NCBI GenBank assembly: GCA_030390025.1 | Contig: CM059432.1 | Span: forward strand, 76,572,001 to 76,636,000 | Direction: 5' to 3' | Origin: Squalus acanthias | Lineage: Eukaryota | Length of the DNA: 64,000 nt | Shown here: in pieces, positions 37,741-50,599 of the stretch | How the letters are laid out: each line of letters opens with the position of its first letter | Position numbering within the stretch: position 1 is the first letter of the stretch | Translations under genes and position numbers: made by a program | Notes under the pieces: model-generated | Database searches by the model: none | The model's input: the letters and a program-made list of their open reading frames with translations, nothing else | Told to the model about the DNA's origin: nothing

Positions 37741-39149
37741 TAGCTCATTCAGGAGGCTCTTCAAGTCTATAAGTGTAGAACCATTTCATATTTATTCACA
37801 AAAGATCATTGGCCTTTCAGGTAAACACTGTGTGTGTCAAAAACAAAAACACAGCTCATACTTAACATTTTGAAATATTTAAATCCTGTGATGCATTTAA
37901 TCAGAGCTAGTTGTAAACCAAAATGACAAGTCATGTTATCCATATCTACCAAAGAATTTGAGGTTTTTACCATATTGTTTGGAGAAACAGCAGTTTTATG
38001 CTTTGCAAGATGGCAGTGGATAGTGATAAAGGCTATGTTTATGTACAAAACTCCTTGGTTTATTGATGCAGGTTCTTACAGCTGACTGGGTATAATTTGT
38101 TTGAAGTGTCCCCCTCAGCATAATTCCTAATTATTATTATATGATTTTTTTCAGACATGTGATAGGATAGGAAAAACCACTTCTCAAGGGGGTAACATGC
38201 ATTTAAAACAAGAATATATACCATTGGTAATACATCTGTTCTATGAATACCAATGAGGACTTGTTTAATATTCAACGGTTGACAAAGCATGATAATAATC
38301 ATTAGATGCTTGAGAACTTCTGTGTGTAATGTCACCAGTCTTACATTATAAGGCTGACTCTGCAATTGGCAGTCGCAGCAGGGAGTGGCACTTATGGGTA
38401 GTGCACCATGGGAAATCTTGGACATGCAGTCCATCATTTTCCTTTTCCATGTGGTGCTTACTATAAAGTATGTACCCAAACATCAGATATAGTTTTAATT
38501 ATTGCTTTTTTTGTGTCTGCAAAAGAAAATTATGACACAAAGATTATACCTGCAAAGGAGCCATATGGACTAAGCATAAGGTTCCATTTACAAAGTGTGT
38601 GTTTTGATCATGGTCCAGATTCAGAATTGCTGGGCAGTCAGTCACACAGCAATAGATCTCTTCGGTCATGTATAATACCTTTAAAAAATCGTGATTCTGT
38701 TTGTGCAATTAGGGTCAGTGCAAATGCTTATACAATAAGTGACTTTCTTGCTGTTGTCATTTCCAAATGCAAATTGGAGGACACGCCACTGCTAAGATTC
38801 TTCCAAGCTGGTCGTATGCCAGGTTCTATGCCTAGCGACGAATTTACAGGATATGATTGTCTTAGGGAGCTAAAGAGGAATTTCCTGGAATTTTTCCTGA
38901 AATTGGCCCTGGGTTTTTTGTTCTCAGTTTTTTATGCCTCTTCCAGGAGTTAGCATTACTAGCAATTGGGTGGCCTATTCATGTAGTTAACCCTCTACTG
39001 GAAAGGGTGAGCATAAAGAGCCTTCATGGTTGTTTCCCACCTTTCTTGTCATATACTTGTATGTATGTGCAATCATTTCTACAACACAAACATTTGTAAT
39101 GCATGATTTGTGGGGACATATTTCATTTTCTAGTTTTGCTTTCTAACCC

Positions 39150-39530
39150 GTCTTGTCCTGAATGTGGCGATTCATGCTGGGATACAGTTCCAGAGATGGC
39201 AGCAGGCCTGAGGTACCTGTTCCAAGTGACCATTCTTCATCTATGAGTCTGGACAATCTATTTGAGTGTTGGGAGGGTGCCATCAATACTGAGCCTGATC
39301 TGACATCCATAGATAGCATGTTCTAGCAGGGGGCGATCACTGGACAGCTTCTAAGATCAGAAATTGTGGTTGATCTTTACCCTCCCTAGCCTAGGTGTGC
39401 TGATGCCATTCCTTTTACCCCTATTGGATCTCTGGCTAAGATTAACTAACTCAGCACAGACCAGGAATCAAACCTGGGATATGCCTGAGTACCACACCCA
39501 TATCATATCTGCCCAGCAAGCCATTGAGGC
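39150..39530 (-). mobile_element. tRNA-derived SINE (AmnSINE2-like)
   Basis: Minus strand has a B-box-like GGTTTGATTCC followed by tggtctgtgctgagttag...ggctagggaggg...atgaagaatggtcacttgg, matching the recalled AmnSINE2 consensus. Confidence 0.55.
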
Positions 39531-39544
39531 AGCTGAAACATACT

Positions 39545-40107
39545 GGGCCGAAAATTGATCCCGGGACGCGAGAGTACGCACTGCGTACTCTCGCGTATTC
39601 CCACTCCAATTGCCGGTTTTCTGCATGCCCTGCGCATGCGCTGAAAACCGGCAATTGCTCTTCTGAAAAGGGGGCGGGGCCTGGGTGCATCGCGTGCGCG
39701 CTACAGGCTGCGCGCACGCTGTGCACTTCATGCTTTGGACGCGCAGGTAAGTAGGGAAGATTTTGGAAATGTAAAAAGGAGGAGTAAGACCCGCTTTTAA
39801 GAAGGTAAGTAGTGAATTAAGTATTTTTTTGAATTTTTTTTTACAGGTATATCTTTTTTAGAGACTTTAAAGACAGGTAAGTTTATTTTTATAACTTTTT
39901 AAAAGATTTTAAATTTTTTCAAAAATTTAATTTTTTATTTAAAATGGTTAATTTAATTAACTATACTTATTTTATTAATGTGATGGGTTTTTTTTTTAAT
40001 TTAATTGAGGTTTAGCTGTTATTTTGGGGGGGTGTAAGATTCATAGATTGCACAGCCATGCTGTGAGACTTATGAATGGAAGATGGTGTGCTGCCATTGG
40101 CTCTAAC
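39545..40107 (+). mobile_element. Harbinger-type MITE family M1, copy 3 (right end missing)
   Basis: GGGCCGAAAATT start. Colinear with 11821-~12387. Confidence 0.88.
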
Positions 40108-40701
40108 CTTTTAACTAACTTTTTAAAAATTATTTTGGCACAGACATCAGTAATGCAATGACATCATTGTGCATCTCTTGTTTACACACCTGCCAAACTA
40201 ACACACCAATGATTTTACCAGGAAGCCCCTTTTAATGTTTTTGGTTATGGTTTGTACTGAACTACTAATGAAATGGGCTAAATTATGAGAGATTTTTAAA
40301 TTGGACATTTTATTCATATTTTTATAAATAAAGATGCAAAATATAAAGGGGGAGAAATTCAGTATCGCCCCGTTTGGGGCGCGATTATCGGCTGGGCGCA
40401 AAGTTTAGCGCCTGGTGCTAATTATCGCCTCCGACTGCAAACTTGGCTTTTATCACCCCTGGAGGTGATTGGAGGGCTAAATCAGGCGCTGCACACCTGT
40501 CGCAAAGGCCGAGGAGCGAGGCGCTAACTCAGAGCGCAGGCGCAGTGCAGGTGATGTCAGTTAGCGATGGAACACAGACACACTGGCGCCGGACAGTTCT
40601 TAAAGGGGAGGGTCGATCTTGCTCTCCAGCCACACCCTGCTCATTGGAGCCTTGAATCTCGGCCTGGAGAGACCTGTGACTACATTTTCCAGCCAAGGAC
40701 T

Positions 40702-41927
40702 ATGGAGAGGGTGAGAGAACGAGCTCAGCGCTTCAGTGAGCGGGCCTTGGAGGCTCTGGTTGGCACGGTGGAGCACAGAAGATCTATACTCTTCCCTGAG
40801 AGTGGCAGGAGGCCTTTGCCGCGCGAGTACAGAAGAGTGTGGAGGGAGGTGGCTCAGCATGTCTCCTCCAGGAGCATGGTGCCCAGGACCCATGTTCAAT
40901 GCCGCAAAAAGTTCAACGACCTCACTCGGGTCGTCAGGGTGAGTGGCTTTTTTTCAATACCTCTCCATCCCTCCATCTTAACCTCACTCTATGGCCAGAG
41001 GGTCTTAAAACCCCAATGCCCAACACTTATCCAACACCTATGGCCCTCTCATGAAACACACACGCATATTCCACACTTTGCATACAGTAAGGGCTATTCA
41101 ACTATGGGAGGCACATCAGGCAAGACCATGGCTGTATATTTACTCAGACGCCGTCCTTTTTCTTGCAGGCCAAGCTATCTCATAATAGGAGACAGCAGCA
41201 ACGGGCGGGTGGAGGGCGGCCTCAGCTGCAACCCCTCAGCGATCTTGAGGCGCGCGTCCACAGGATTGTGGCAAGCCGGGTGATCGGTCCCGTCGCCTCT
41301 GGAGAGGCCGTCCCCATTCTGGACAGCAATGGTAAGGTCATCACCTTTCTCTCCTCTCTCATTCCACTTGTCCCTCACAACACCAGCCTTTGACACTTTC
41401 AATCCAACTTACTAAATCGCTGCACTCCTTCCTCCCTTACTGCCCCCCTGTCCTCACGCTAAAGCCACTCTTGTACCTCCCTGCTTTCAGATGGTGATTC
41501 ACCAGCTGAGGAGACGGGCCCTCAAGCTGTCAGTGGGAGTGAAGCTGCAGGCGAGGAGGAAGATGAAGCCGGAGCATCAGCGCCACCCTCTCCCGAGGAA
41601 GCCCATGCCCACACTGGGAACACGCCTTCCCTGGAGGGGAGCAGGGGGGAAGGGTCTGATGAGGGTGAAGCTCCAGGACCCAGCAGGCAGCAGCAACGCG
41701 ATGTGGCTAGGGAAGCTCAGGGGCCTTCTCCCCGGAGGGAGAGTAGGCCAGTGAGTCCTGCTGCACTGGACGCAGAGGAGGAGCGGCTCATCGCTGAAAT
41801 GAACACCCAGGCGGTGCACATGCACACTCAGCTCATGGGTGCAGTGGGAAGGGTGCCCGAATGCATTGATGCACTGGCAAGGAGTGTGGAGAACTTCGCT
41901 GTAGCACAGGCATTGGCTGGGTCCTGA
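40702..41927 (+). CDS. Harbinger Myb/SANT-like DNA-binding protein; exons 40702-40938, 41169-41331, 41491-41927 (278 aa)
   Basis: MERVRERAQRFSERALEALV...WREVA...QCRKKFNDLTRVVR. GT-AG introns of phase 0 and 1 join into one stop-free 837-nt frame. Confidence 0.88.
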
Positions 41928-42918
41928 GGATTACCAGGTTATGCAGCATGCAGCACACAACTATGAAGAGGGAGACTCGCTCAGGCGAGTACTGCAGGGC
42001 TCCTCCTGAGTGGTCCAGACAGCGGAACCGTTGCTTGAGCACACCGATCGTCTGCTCAGCGATGTTCCTGGTGGCGAGATGGCTCTCGTTGTACCGCAGC
42101 TCAGCAGGGGTGTTGGGCATACGGAGCGGTGTCATCAGCCAGGTGCAGAGTGGATAACCCTTGTCCCCGAGGAGCCAACCACTTGGCTGATGCGGTGCCT
42201 GGAAAAGTTCTGGCACAGCAGTCTGGTGCAGGATGAATGCATCGTGGCTGCTGCCAGGATAGCGGGCATTGACAGCGAGTATCAGCTGTCTGTGGCCACA
42301 GACCAACTGGAGGTTTAAGGAGTGGAACCCCTTGGGGTTGCAGAAATCCTCTGCATTCTCATGCGGTGCGCGCAATGCCACATGCGTGCAGTCAATGGCA
42401 CCCTGCACCATGGGGAAGCCCGCTATCCTCGCAAAGCCCAATGCGCGTTCATGCTGTTTGGCCCAGGTCATCGGGAAAGAGATGTACTGGCGTCTCCTTT
42501 TATAGAGGGCATTTGTGACCTGACGGATGCAGCAATGGACCACGAACTGGGAGATATTTACGATGTCCCCAGTAGCTGCTTGAAAGGAGCCGGTGGCATA
42601 AAAGTTCAGAGCCACTGTGACCTTCACTGCCACCAACAGAGACGTCCTGGTCCTCAGTAGAGGCTGCAGATCTGTCTGCAGCGGGTGGCAGAGCTCAGTG
42701 ACTACCTCCTTGCTGAAGCGCAGCCTTCGCAAACACTGCTCCTCAGACAAATTAATGTAGGAGAATTGTTGGCGAAATACCCTGGGAGGGTAAGGTCTCC
42801 TGTACAGAGGCCTGTTGGCCCTCCTCTGTCTGGCCAGGATTGCCACTGTCTCTCTGCGTCTATGTTGCCTCCGAATCTGCAGGCGCAGGACGACGCCCTG
42901 AATCAGTGCAGCCCCCAT
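41833..42918 (-). CDS. HARBI1-like DDE transposase (361 aa from MGAAL)
   Basis: Uninterrupted ORF with [35 protein letters not shown]. It is the element's own transposase, not a domesticated host gene. Confidence 0.93.
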   Translation of the reverse strand: MGAALIQGVVLRLQIRRQHRRRETVAILARQRRANRPLYRRPYPPRVFRQQFSYINLSEEQCLRRLRFSKEVVTELCHPLQTDLQPLLRTRTSLLVAVKVTVALNFYATGSFQAATGDIVNISQFVVHCCIRQVTNALYKRRRQYISFPMTWAKQHERALGFARIAGFPMVQGAIDCTHVALRAPHENAEDFCNPKGFHSLNLQLVCGHRQLILAVNARYPGSSHDAFILHQTAVPELFQAPHQPSGWLLGDKGYPLCTWLMTPLRMPNTPAELRYNESHLATRNIAEQTIGVLKQRFRCLDHSGGALQYSPERVSLFIVVCCMLHNLVILRTQPMPVLQRSSPHSLPVHQCIRAPFPLHP

Positions 42919-44159
42919 AGTCTCTTGGTAATCAAAGTAATGAAGGCCAAAATCCAAAAGTACCTGCAAAGTGATGCTCAGTAGCCAAAACTACTTTACA
43001 CAGCGTTGACTCTATGCAGAAGTCTCTCCTTCTCTCTCTCAGAATCTCTCTCTCTGTCAGAATGAGTGGTGCAAAAATGTCTACCACAGAAAAAGCCAGG
43101 AAGAGGCCACCTTTAAATAGCGCCCCCCCAGCCCCACAGCGACTGGGAAACGTTCCAGTCTACCTGTCGTTGCTTGCGCCAGGCGGAAAGGAGGGGGGCG
43201 CCACTCAATATCCGGTCCGGGGCGCCACAAGGGCGTTGCACGCTCGACTGATGTCAAGATCTGCGGGCGCAGGAGATCGGGGCAGTATTGTTTAGCGCCG
43301 CCGCAAAATGTCTGGTCAATTTCGCGAGCGGCGCAGACATCGCTGCGCCCGGGCGCTAGTTGCTTTGCGCCCCATTAGCGCCCTCTTAAGGCGCTAACGG
43401 GAGGCGCAAACCAACCAAATTTTCCCCCCAAAATTTCTTGCCAAACTAGTTATGCAGTTATCAGGAGTCACCTGTACTGGAGCTCTCAGACTTGCATTGT
43501 TGACTTTTAGCTGATTTTTGAGAAGGCTCCAGTAACTAGATTTATGTAGGGCTGAATTTTGCCGGCGCTCAGAGGGCGGGTTCAGAGGCGGGTCCGCTGT
43601 CAAAATGGCAGTGATTGACAGCGGGGCGGAAGTCCGCTCTGAACCCACCTCCTTGTTAATTTCCCAAGTGCCGGCTCTGCCTGTGGTTTGCAGACCCGGC
43701 ACTAAGCGACGGGTCAGGCAATTGAGATACTTAAGAAGCTGCTTAAAGCTAGTTGAGCAGCATTTTACCAGGTCCTAATGATTTTTCCATGTTTTTTACG
43801 AGGTTCCCAGCACTCGGGAATTACGTCAGGTAAGTGTGTCGGGTTCTAAATGACTCTGCATTGCTGTAAATAGTTGACAGCTGCAAAAGTGGTCTAAAAG
43901 CTACCATTTCACAGCTGTTCAATTTCCAATCTTAGAAGCTGGAGCCTGCAGGATTCGGAATACACTTTTCAGCTTTATGGAGGCTTGAAGTGTTTGGAGC
44001 AAACTCTCTATCCAGTGTCACCTCCTTGGAGCAACCTGTCTCACCATTGACAGATCGCTTCTGCCATCTCAACTTCAGCTGCCATCTATTCCATCAGCAT
44101 CAGTGCCCTTGAAAAAATCTCACCTCAGTCGTCTAAATCCCTCCACGATCAGCTCCAAA

Positions 44160-44272
44160 ACCAACATCACCAGGCACACCAACATCACCAGGCACACCAA
44201 CAGCACCAGGCACACCAGCAGCACCAGGCACACCAGCAGCACCAGACACACCAGCAGCACCAACAACAGCAC
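44160..44272 (+). repeat. 18-bp tandem repeat (caccaggcacaccarca[t/g]) in the H6 transposase 5' region
   Basis: About 5-6 copies seen directly. Confidence 0.85.
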
Positions 44273-44454
44273 CAACCTTCTCCGCAACCACCTGATGCTG
44301 CACAGGACACAGGACATCAGCACCCGAGCACATTGCTGTTGGGGAGGCCAGGGATGGCCTCACCATAATCAGATTTACTTCACTTGACGCTGTACACCCT
44401 GGCTGCCACATGATGAGCCAGATTGGCACCACCCCACACCAACACCATAAAGCA

Positions 44455-45044
44455 TCCCTGTGGCGAGTGTCTCACCTCCTGACTCTCCAAAGCCTTTCCA
44501 CCATCTACAAGGCAGAAGTCAGGGGTGTGATGGAATACTCTCCACTTGCCTGGATGAGTGCAGCTCAAACAACACTCAAGAAGCTCGACACCATCCAAAG
44601 CAAAGCAGCCCGCTTGATTGGCCCCCCATCCACCACCTTAAACATTCCTTCCCTCGACCACCAGCGTACCGTGGCTGCAGTGTCTACCATCTACAAGATG
44701 CACTGCAGCAACACGCCAAGGATTCTTCGGCACGCTTCCCAAACCCACGACCTCTACCACCTAGAAGGACAAGGGCAGCAGGCGCATGGGAACACCACCA
44801 CCTCCAAGTTCCCCTCCAAGTCACACACCATCCTGACTTGGAAGCATATCACCGATCCTTCATCGTCGCTGGGTCAAAATCCTGGAACTCCCTACCTAAC
44901 AGCACTGTGGGAGTACCTTCACCACACGGACTGCAGCGGTTCAAGAAGGCGGCTCACCACCACCTTCTCAAGGGCAACTAGAGATGGGCAATAAATGCTG
45001 GCTTTGCCAGCGGCGCCCACATCCCATGAACGAATAAAAAAAAA
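44455..45044 (+). mobile_element. LINE family B 3' fragment with A-tail
   Basis: LSTIYKAEVRGVMEYSPLAW...WNSLPNS...AAHHHLLKGN; ends cccatgaacgaataaaaaaaaa. Confidence 0.88.
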
Positions 45045-47029
45045 CAATGCCCAAGCCATTCCTTTCACACTCACCACCATCGGTGGGCGCGGGGGGAGTA
45101 CCAATATGTCTCGCCATCCATTGCAACTCACTGAGCCACTTCCAAAGGTGCACACAGATCTATCCAAGAACGCAAAGTGTTGAAAATAAAGATTTCAATG
45201 TTTGACACCACATTAACAGAAACTTTACATGAACGTTGGCGATAACATCCAACTTGGTATGATTGCACAAGGATGAGGGTGAGTGTGAGGGGTGGCTAGT
45301 GAGATGGAGAAGTGATAATGTAGATAAGGAAGGATGGGTGGAGGTGCAAGGTTAGTTGGTGTGAGTAAGGATGTGCAGGAGTAGGGTAGGAAGAGTGATG
45401 GGGATGTGATGAGTGGCACAGCAGGATGAGTTTGAGTGTGACTTTGCAGTAACGTTTCGTGATCTACTGAGATCATTGAAAGGTTTGTGCCACTGCAGCC
45501 TGGTCCTCCTGACGACATCCCTGCTTGTGTCCTCCTGTGCAATGTGCAACCAGGCTGTGTTGGTCTCCTGGGGAGGTGTCTTCCACCCATTGGAAGGGAA
45601 GAGAACCTCCCTGTGTGCTGTGACTCCCTCCATAAGCATATGGAGGGAGTCATGGGAGAGCCTGGGTGCAGCCGTGCACCTTTGTGCAGTGCTCGTCAGT
45701 CAATGCTGTGGAACACTGACAGCACAACTGTCAAAATGATTGTGGACATGGTCCCTTTTAGGAAACCGGTTGATGATGCATCATCAAATGACGTCATTAG
45801 ACCCGCATCCTATTAATTGGCCGGGAAACGCGCTGGGCGGGCTTAACAAGCCCCATAAACGGAAAATCTTGTTGGAGGCCAGGATCAACACAGATACGGG
45901 GTCCCCACACGCCACCGACGTCGCCCGCCCCGGACCCGCCGTGGGTGGAAAAATCCAGCCCATAGTTTCTACATTTTATTAGTAGTCACTTTGAAATGCA
46001 CTTTGTGCAGATTGACAAAAAGAGGTAACTGTCTCTTTAAAATCTGGCAACAGTAGCAAGCCTGGCTTTGAGTGCTTTGAAATACTGTGAAGAAATGCTG
46101 TAGGTGTTTGCAGATGATATAAACTCAAGTAGATGCCAGCACGCAATATGGCAAAAACAATTCAAGCAAATCAACTTCATGGAGCCTCTGCTACTTGCCA
46201 TCTGGCGCAAAATCAACCAAATGGATCTCTGCATATTCATCTTCATTTGTGAAAATACTCAGGAGAGTGTCATTCTTGGGTAAAAATGCATAAAATATCC
46301 ATAACGCAAAATATTCATGATGTCTTGACACATGATGTCTTCTCAATTCATATCTTGCCTATAGTTCATTAGAATTAAAGCTTAATAAGGGGTTGCCTTT
46401 CTGTCCTTATGTTAATATGCATATGTGGTCACTTAATCATTTAAGCTCTTGCGTTTACTGTAGAACCAGTTGCCATGGTAAAATAATACACACAAAAATG
46501 CCATAAGAGCTCTAGCTTACTAATAATCTACTCTTTCTCCATTTAATAAATAAGGCATTAAATTAGATATTTTACAAAATTTCCGGGTAACAGCACTAGC
46601 CCTCATTTTGGGGTTTCAAACATTTGGATAGGTCCCTCACCAAAGCTTTCAAGAATTGTGGACCTGTGTGTGTGTTCTTTGAATGTTAGGTGACATAACA
46701 GATTACAGCCAAAGGCAACTGTAACAGCATATCTATCTCAGAAATCCAACGCTAGTGATTGACAAGAACTTGAAGGAATTGTACCGTTTTATCAACAAAC
46801 AAGTCATAGATTTCCCACAGTGTGGCATGTGATGTTTAACTGCAGTGTTATGTGCTGCATGCAGCAAGAAGTGGGCAGAGGAAGCAAGAACTGGTTCCAA
46901 CAATGATGTTTCAAACATGAGCAGAACAACCAAGTTAAACTGACACAGTTTACAAAGCTTTACATAACAAGGACAGAAGGCAAGTGAAGTGTGAGAAAAT
47001 ATCATCAAAGCTCATTCCTCTACAACAGT

Positions 47030-47472
47030 AACTTACATTCTTATCATATGTCTTGTGCACACAAAGGTAGCCCAGAGGGCTTTACAGAGCAGGGGAAAAA
47101 GTGCACACTAAACAGGTAAATGTGGAGATGGTGTTAAGCAAAGTTACATGAAAAAGGAGGAAGGTTAGCTTTATATGGAATAAAGAGAAACAAAAGGTTA
47201 CGGGACACAAGCACGGGTATTTGGGAGGCTTTTGAAAGTGAGGAGGGATGTGGTAAGGCAGAGGAATTTAGATAGGTGTTTTTTCAGGGCATGAACGTCA
47301 AAGCTGAAAATACTGCAGGAGAAATAAGTCTGAGCCCATTTTCATCCATCCTAATAGCTCCATCTTTGGCTCGGTGTCAAATTTTGCTTGATTATGCTCC
47401 CGTGAAGTGCCTTGGGTGTTTTTCCTTTGTTAAAGGCACGATATAAATGCACGTTGTTTTTGTTGTTGTTGT
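47030..47472. mobile_element. L2-type 3' tail relics (47030-47340 on -, 47350-47472 on +)
   Basis: gtgaagtgccttggg...aaaggcacgatataaatgcacg + (ttg)n tail, the same tail type as the SINE at 50977-51418. Confidence 0.55.
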
Positions 47473-48521
47473 ATAGTGGGTTGATATGATCATTATTAAG
47501 CCACAATTTCCTGCTATTAGTAACTGGTGGACAAGGCACACCACCAGCAGCACAGGCTCAGTAAATTATCCAAATGCTTTTCATCATTGTTAGCCTACTG
47601 TTAATCTTGTTCCCCACCTACTTCTTAAGTTAAGATAGATTATTTAATTTTAAGTCTTTCTTTGGACTATCAAGACACTTTCCTTAATTTCCAAATTCTC
47701 CTGAACATATAAAGCTACCCTTCCTCCTTTTTCATGTAACTTTGCTGAACACCGTCTCCACATTTATCTTCCATAGTAGTTTTTACAATGTTTGTTTCAT
47801 AATTCTGTTATATTTTTCTTTGGTTTTAATTATTGTAATATATGGTTTGCCCATTGTCAGTTGTCTTCTAAATTGTCACCGTGCTGCTGACCATTTAGTG
47901 GGTTGAGAATTGTCTGAAGTGTATACTTTCATATTCTAATTCCATGACAACTTTCAACCCAGTTTAGCACTTAAGAATGTTTCTCAAAATCTATCTGCCA
48001 TATTACGAGTAGAATTGATTAATAGCCTTAATTCCAAAAGTTAAGAACTGATGGATTGTGCCATTGAATCGTTTTATTTGGTGTTTGCCTACGAATCATC
48101 ATTGCAAACTCATCTCAAATCTGCTGGGAAGAGGAGACTGATGTGCCTCCTCAGGAGTCTAGCTGCCCCAGTCTGCTCTATGCACATCTCCTCTGCTGAC
48201 CCAGGTGGACTTTCTGGGGTTGGGGAAGCTCTCTGATTTGTGTCACAATAGTAGGAGCCCATGCCACTGGGGAACATCTGGGGCACCTGCCTGCCAAAGA
48301 GGCCTAAAAGTCCAGCCGAAGATTGCCTGGTAGGGAAGGGGAGTGTTGGGTCCCCCACCCAGAACCAACAGAGCAGTCCCCCACAGCCCTTAGTGGGAGC
48401 TGCTGTAAAATTTAAATAAAAGTTGTTTTTTTTCTTCAGGGGTCCAGGCCACAAGCATTGCCTGGAAACTTAGAAGTCCCCACAACTGCCAGTTGTTGGA
48501 AAGTATGCCTGGGAACCGCAC

Positions 48522-49890
48522 CTCAGTTTTGGGCACCGCACCTCAGGAAGGATATATTGGCCTTGGATGTGGTGCAGCGCAGATTCATCAGAATGATACC
48601 AGGGCTTTGAGGGTTAAATTATGAAGACAAGTTGCATAAACTTGGCTTGTGTAGACCCTTGGGCATAGAAGATTGAGGGGTGATCTGATCAAGGTGTTTA
48701 AAATGTTAAAAGGATTTTATTTTTTTATTAGTTCATAGGATGTGGGCGTCGCTGGCAAGGCCAGCATTTATTGCCCATCCCTAGTTGCCTTGAGAAGGTG
48801 GTGGTGAGCCGCCTTCTTGAACTGCTGCAGTCCGTGTGTTGAAGATACTCCCACAGTGCTGTTAGGGAGGGAATTCCAGGATTTTGAACCAGCGACGATG
48901 AAGGGTTGGCGATATATTTCCAAGTCAGGCTGGTGTGTGACTTGGAGGGGAACTTGGAGGTGGTGGTGTTCCCATGCGCCTGCTGCCCTTGTCCTTCTAG
49001 ATGGTAGAGGTCGCGGGTTTGGGAAGCGCTGCCGAAGAATCCTTGGCGAGTTGCTGCAGTGCATCTTGTAGATGGTACACACTGCAGCCACGGTATGACG
49101 GTGGTGGAGGGAGTGAATGTTTAAGGTGGTGGATGGGGTGCCAATCAAACGGGCTGCTTTGTCTTGGATTGTGTCGAGCTTCTTGAGTGTGCTTCAAGCT
49201 GCACTAATCTAGGCAAGTGGAGAGTATTCCATCACACTCCTGACTTGTGCCTTGTAGATGGTGGAAAGGCTTTGGGGAGTCAGGAGGTGAGACACTCGCT
49301 GCAGAATACTCAGCTTCTGGCCTGCTCTTGTTGCCACAGTATTTATGTGGCTGGTCCAGTTAGGTTTCTGGTCAATGGTGACCCCCAGGATATTGATGGT
49401 GGGGGATTCGGTGATGGTAATGCCATTGAATGTCAAGGGGTGGTGGTTAGACTCTCGCTTGTTGGAGATAGTCATTGCCTGGCATTTGTGTGGTGCGAAT
49501 GTTACATGTCACTTATCAGCCCAAGCCTGAATGTTGTCCAGGTCTTGCATTTTATAGGGTAGATATGGAGAAACTTTTTCCTTTGGTGGGGAGATCAAGA
49601 ACATAATCACAAAATTAGAGCTAGGTCATTCAGGAGCAAAATCAAGAAGCACTTTTTTACACAAAGGGTGGTCGAAATCTGGAACTCTCCCCAAAAGGCT
49701 GTGGACACTAGGACAATTGGAGCTTTCAAGACTGAGATAGATAGATTTTTGTTAGGTAAGGGTATCAAAGGATATGGAGCAAAGGTGAGTAAATGGAGTT
49801 GAGATGCAGATCAGCCATGATGTAATTGAATGATGGAGTGGGCTCGAGGGTCTGATTGGTCTACTCCTATTCCTAATGGTCCTATGGTCT
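48522..49890 (+). mobile_element. CR1-type LINE 3' fragment split by a LINE-B insertion
   Basis: QFWAPHLRKDILAL..VQRRF...RRLRGDLI.VFK; resumes at 49556 with FFTQRVV.IWNS and the tail. Confidence 0.85.
48721..49548 (-). mobile_element. LINE family B 3' fragment
   Basis: Same sequence family as 44455-45044. 7-bp TSD ATTTTAT at 48714-48720 and 49549-49555. Confidence 0.9.
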
Positions 49891-50144
49891 AACTAGATAT
49901 ACATCACACACCGGGTCCCACTGAAGACGCTAGATGCAGGACCATCTGAAGTAGGGACTCCCCGTTCCTGTCCCTGTCCCGTCCCCTAGTGGCCATGTTT
50001 GGGGTGGGTGGAGACTCTCCCCCCACAACAGGAGATCCTGAATACCTCAGTGCCAGGCTGGGACTGGATGAGAGTACAAATGCTTGGAAGCAGATTTTTG
50101 TAACCATAGAGTATTAACAAATTTTGAGAACATCCAACCAAGAT

Positions 50145-50545
50145 TTGGATTCATATAGTACCTTATCAAGTCTCTCAGGAATATCTTTAACTGCAGTGGC
50201 TTGTTATGTAGTCAAACATAGCTGCCATTTTGCACATAGTAAGACCCGGCAAATGGTAATTAGATGAATGACCAGTTAATCTGCTTTTGGTAGTGTTGGC
50301 TGAAGGAGGATGATTAATCAGGACTGCTCCCTACTCTTCTTCAAATAGTGCCATGGGATTTTTTTATGTCCACCTGGTTTTAATGCCTCATCCAAAAGAT
50401 GACATTGCCCACAATGCACTCTCCTTTAGTACTGCTACTGGAGTGTCAATTTGAATTAGGAGCTCAAACTAATGGAGTGAGGCTTGAATTTATGAAATCT
50501 GTAACTCAAAGGCAAGTGTACTAGCCACTGAGCCAAGCTGGCAGA
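50145..50545 (-). mobile_element. Older copy of the tRNA-derived Deu-type SINE
   Basis: Colinear, diverged match to 50977-51418. Confidence 0.7.
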
Positions 50546-50599
50546 CAATACAACAAAGTATCTATACTTATTTCACTCCAAATTACCAAGACTTCGATA

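Larger units (their letters stand above)
40348..43429. mobile_element. PIF/Harbinger copy H5: TIRs, TSD and both reading frames open
   Basis: TIRs GGGGGAGAAATT / AATTTTCCCCCC. TSD AAA at 40345-47 and 43430-32. Confidence 0.95.
43549..45961. mobile_element. PIF/Harbinger copy H6 (internally deleted)
   Basis: TIRs GGGCTGAATTTT / AAAATCCAGCCC. Flanks GTA / ATA. Myb exon 1 remnant on - (HREVLFPSNGWK..AWLHIAQE..FNDL). Left end resembles that of H4. Confidence 0.85.

Noticed and set aside
41833..42969. Domesticated host HARBI1 gene
   Set aside because: It lies between TIRs with a TSD, paired with the element's own Myb-like gene, and decayed paralogues are nearby.
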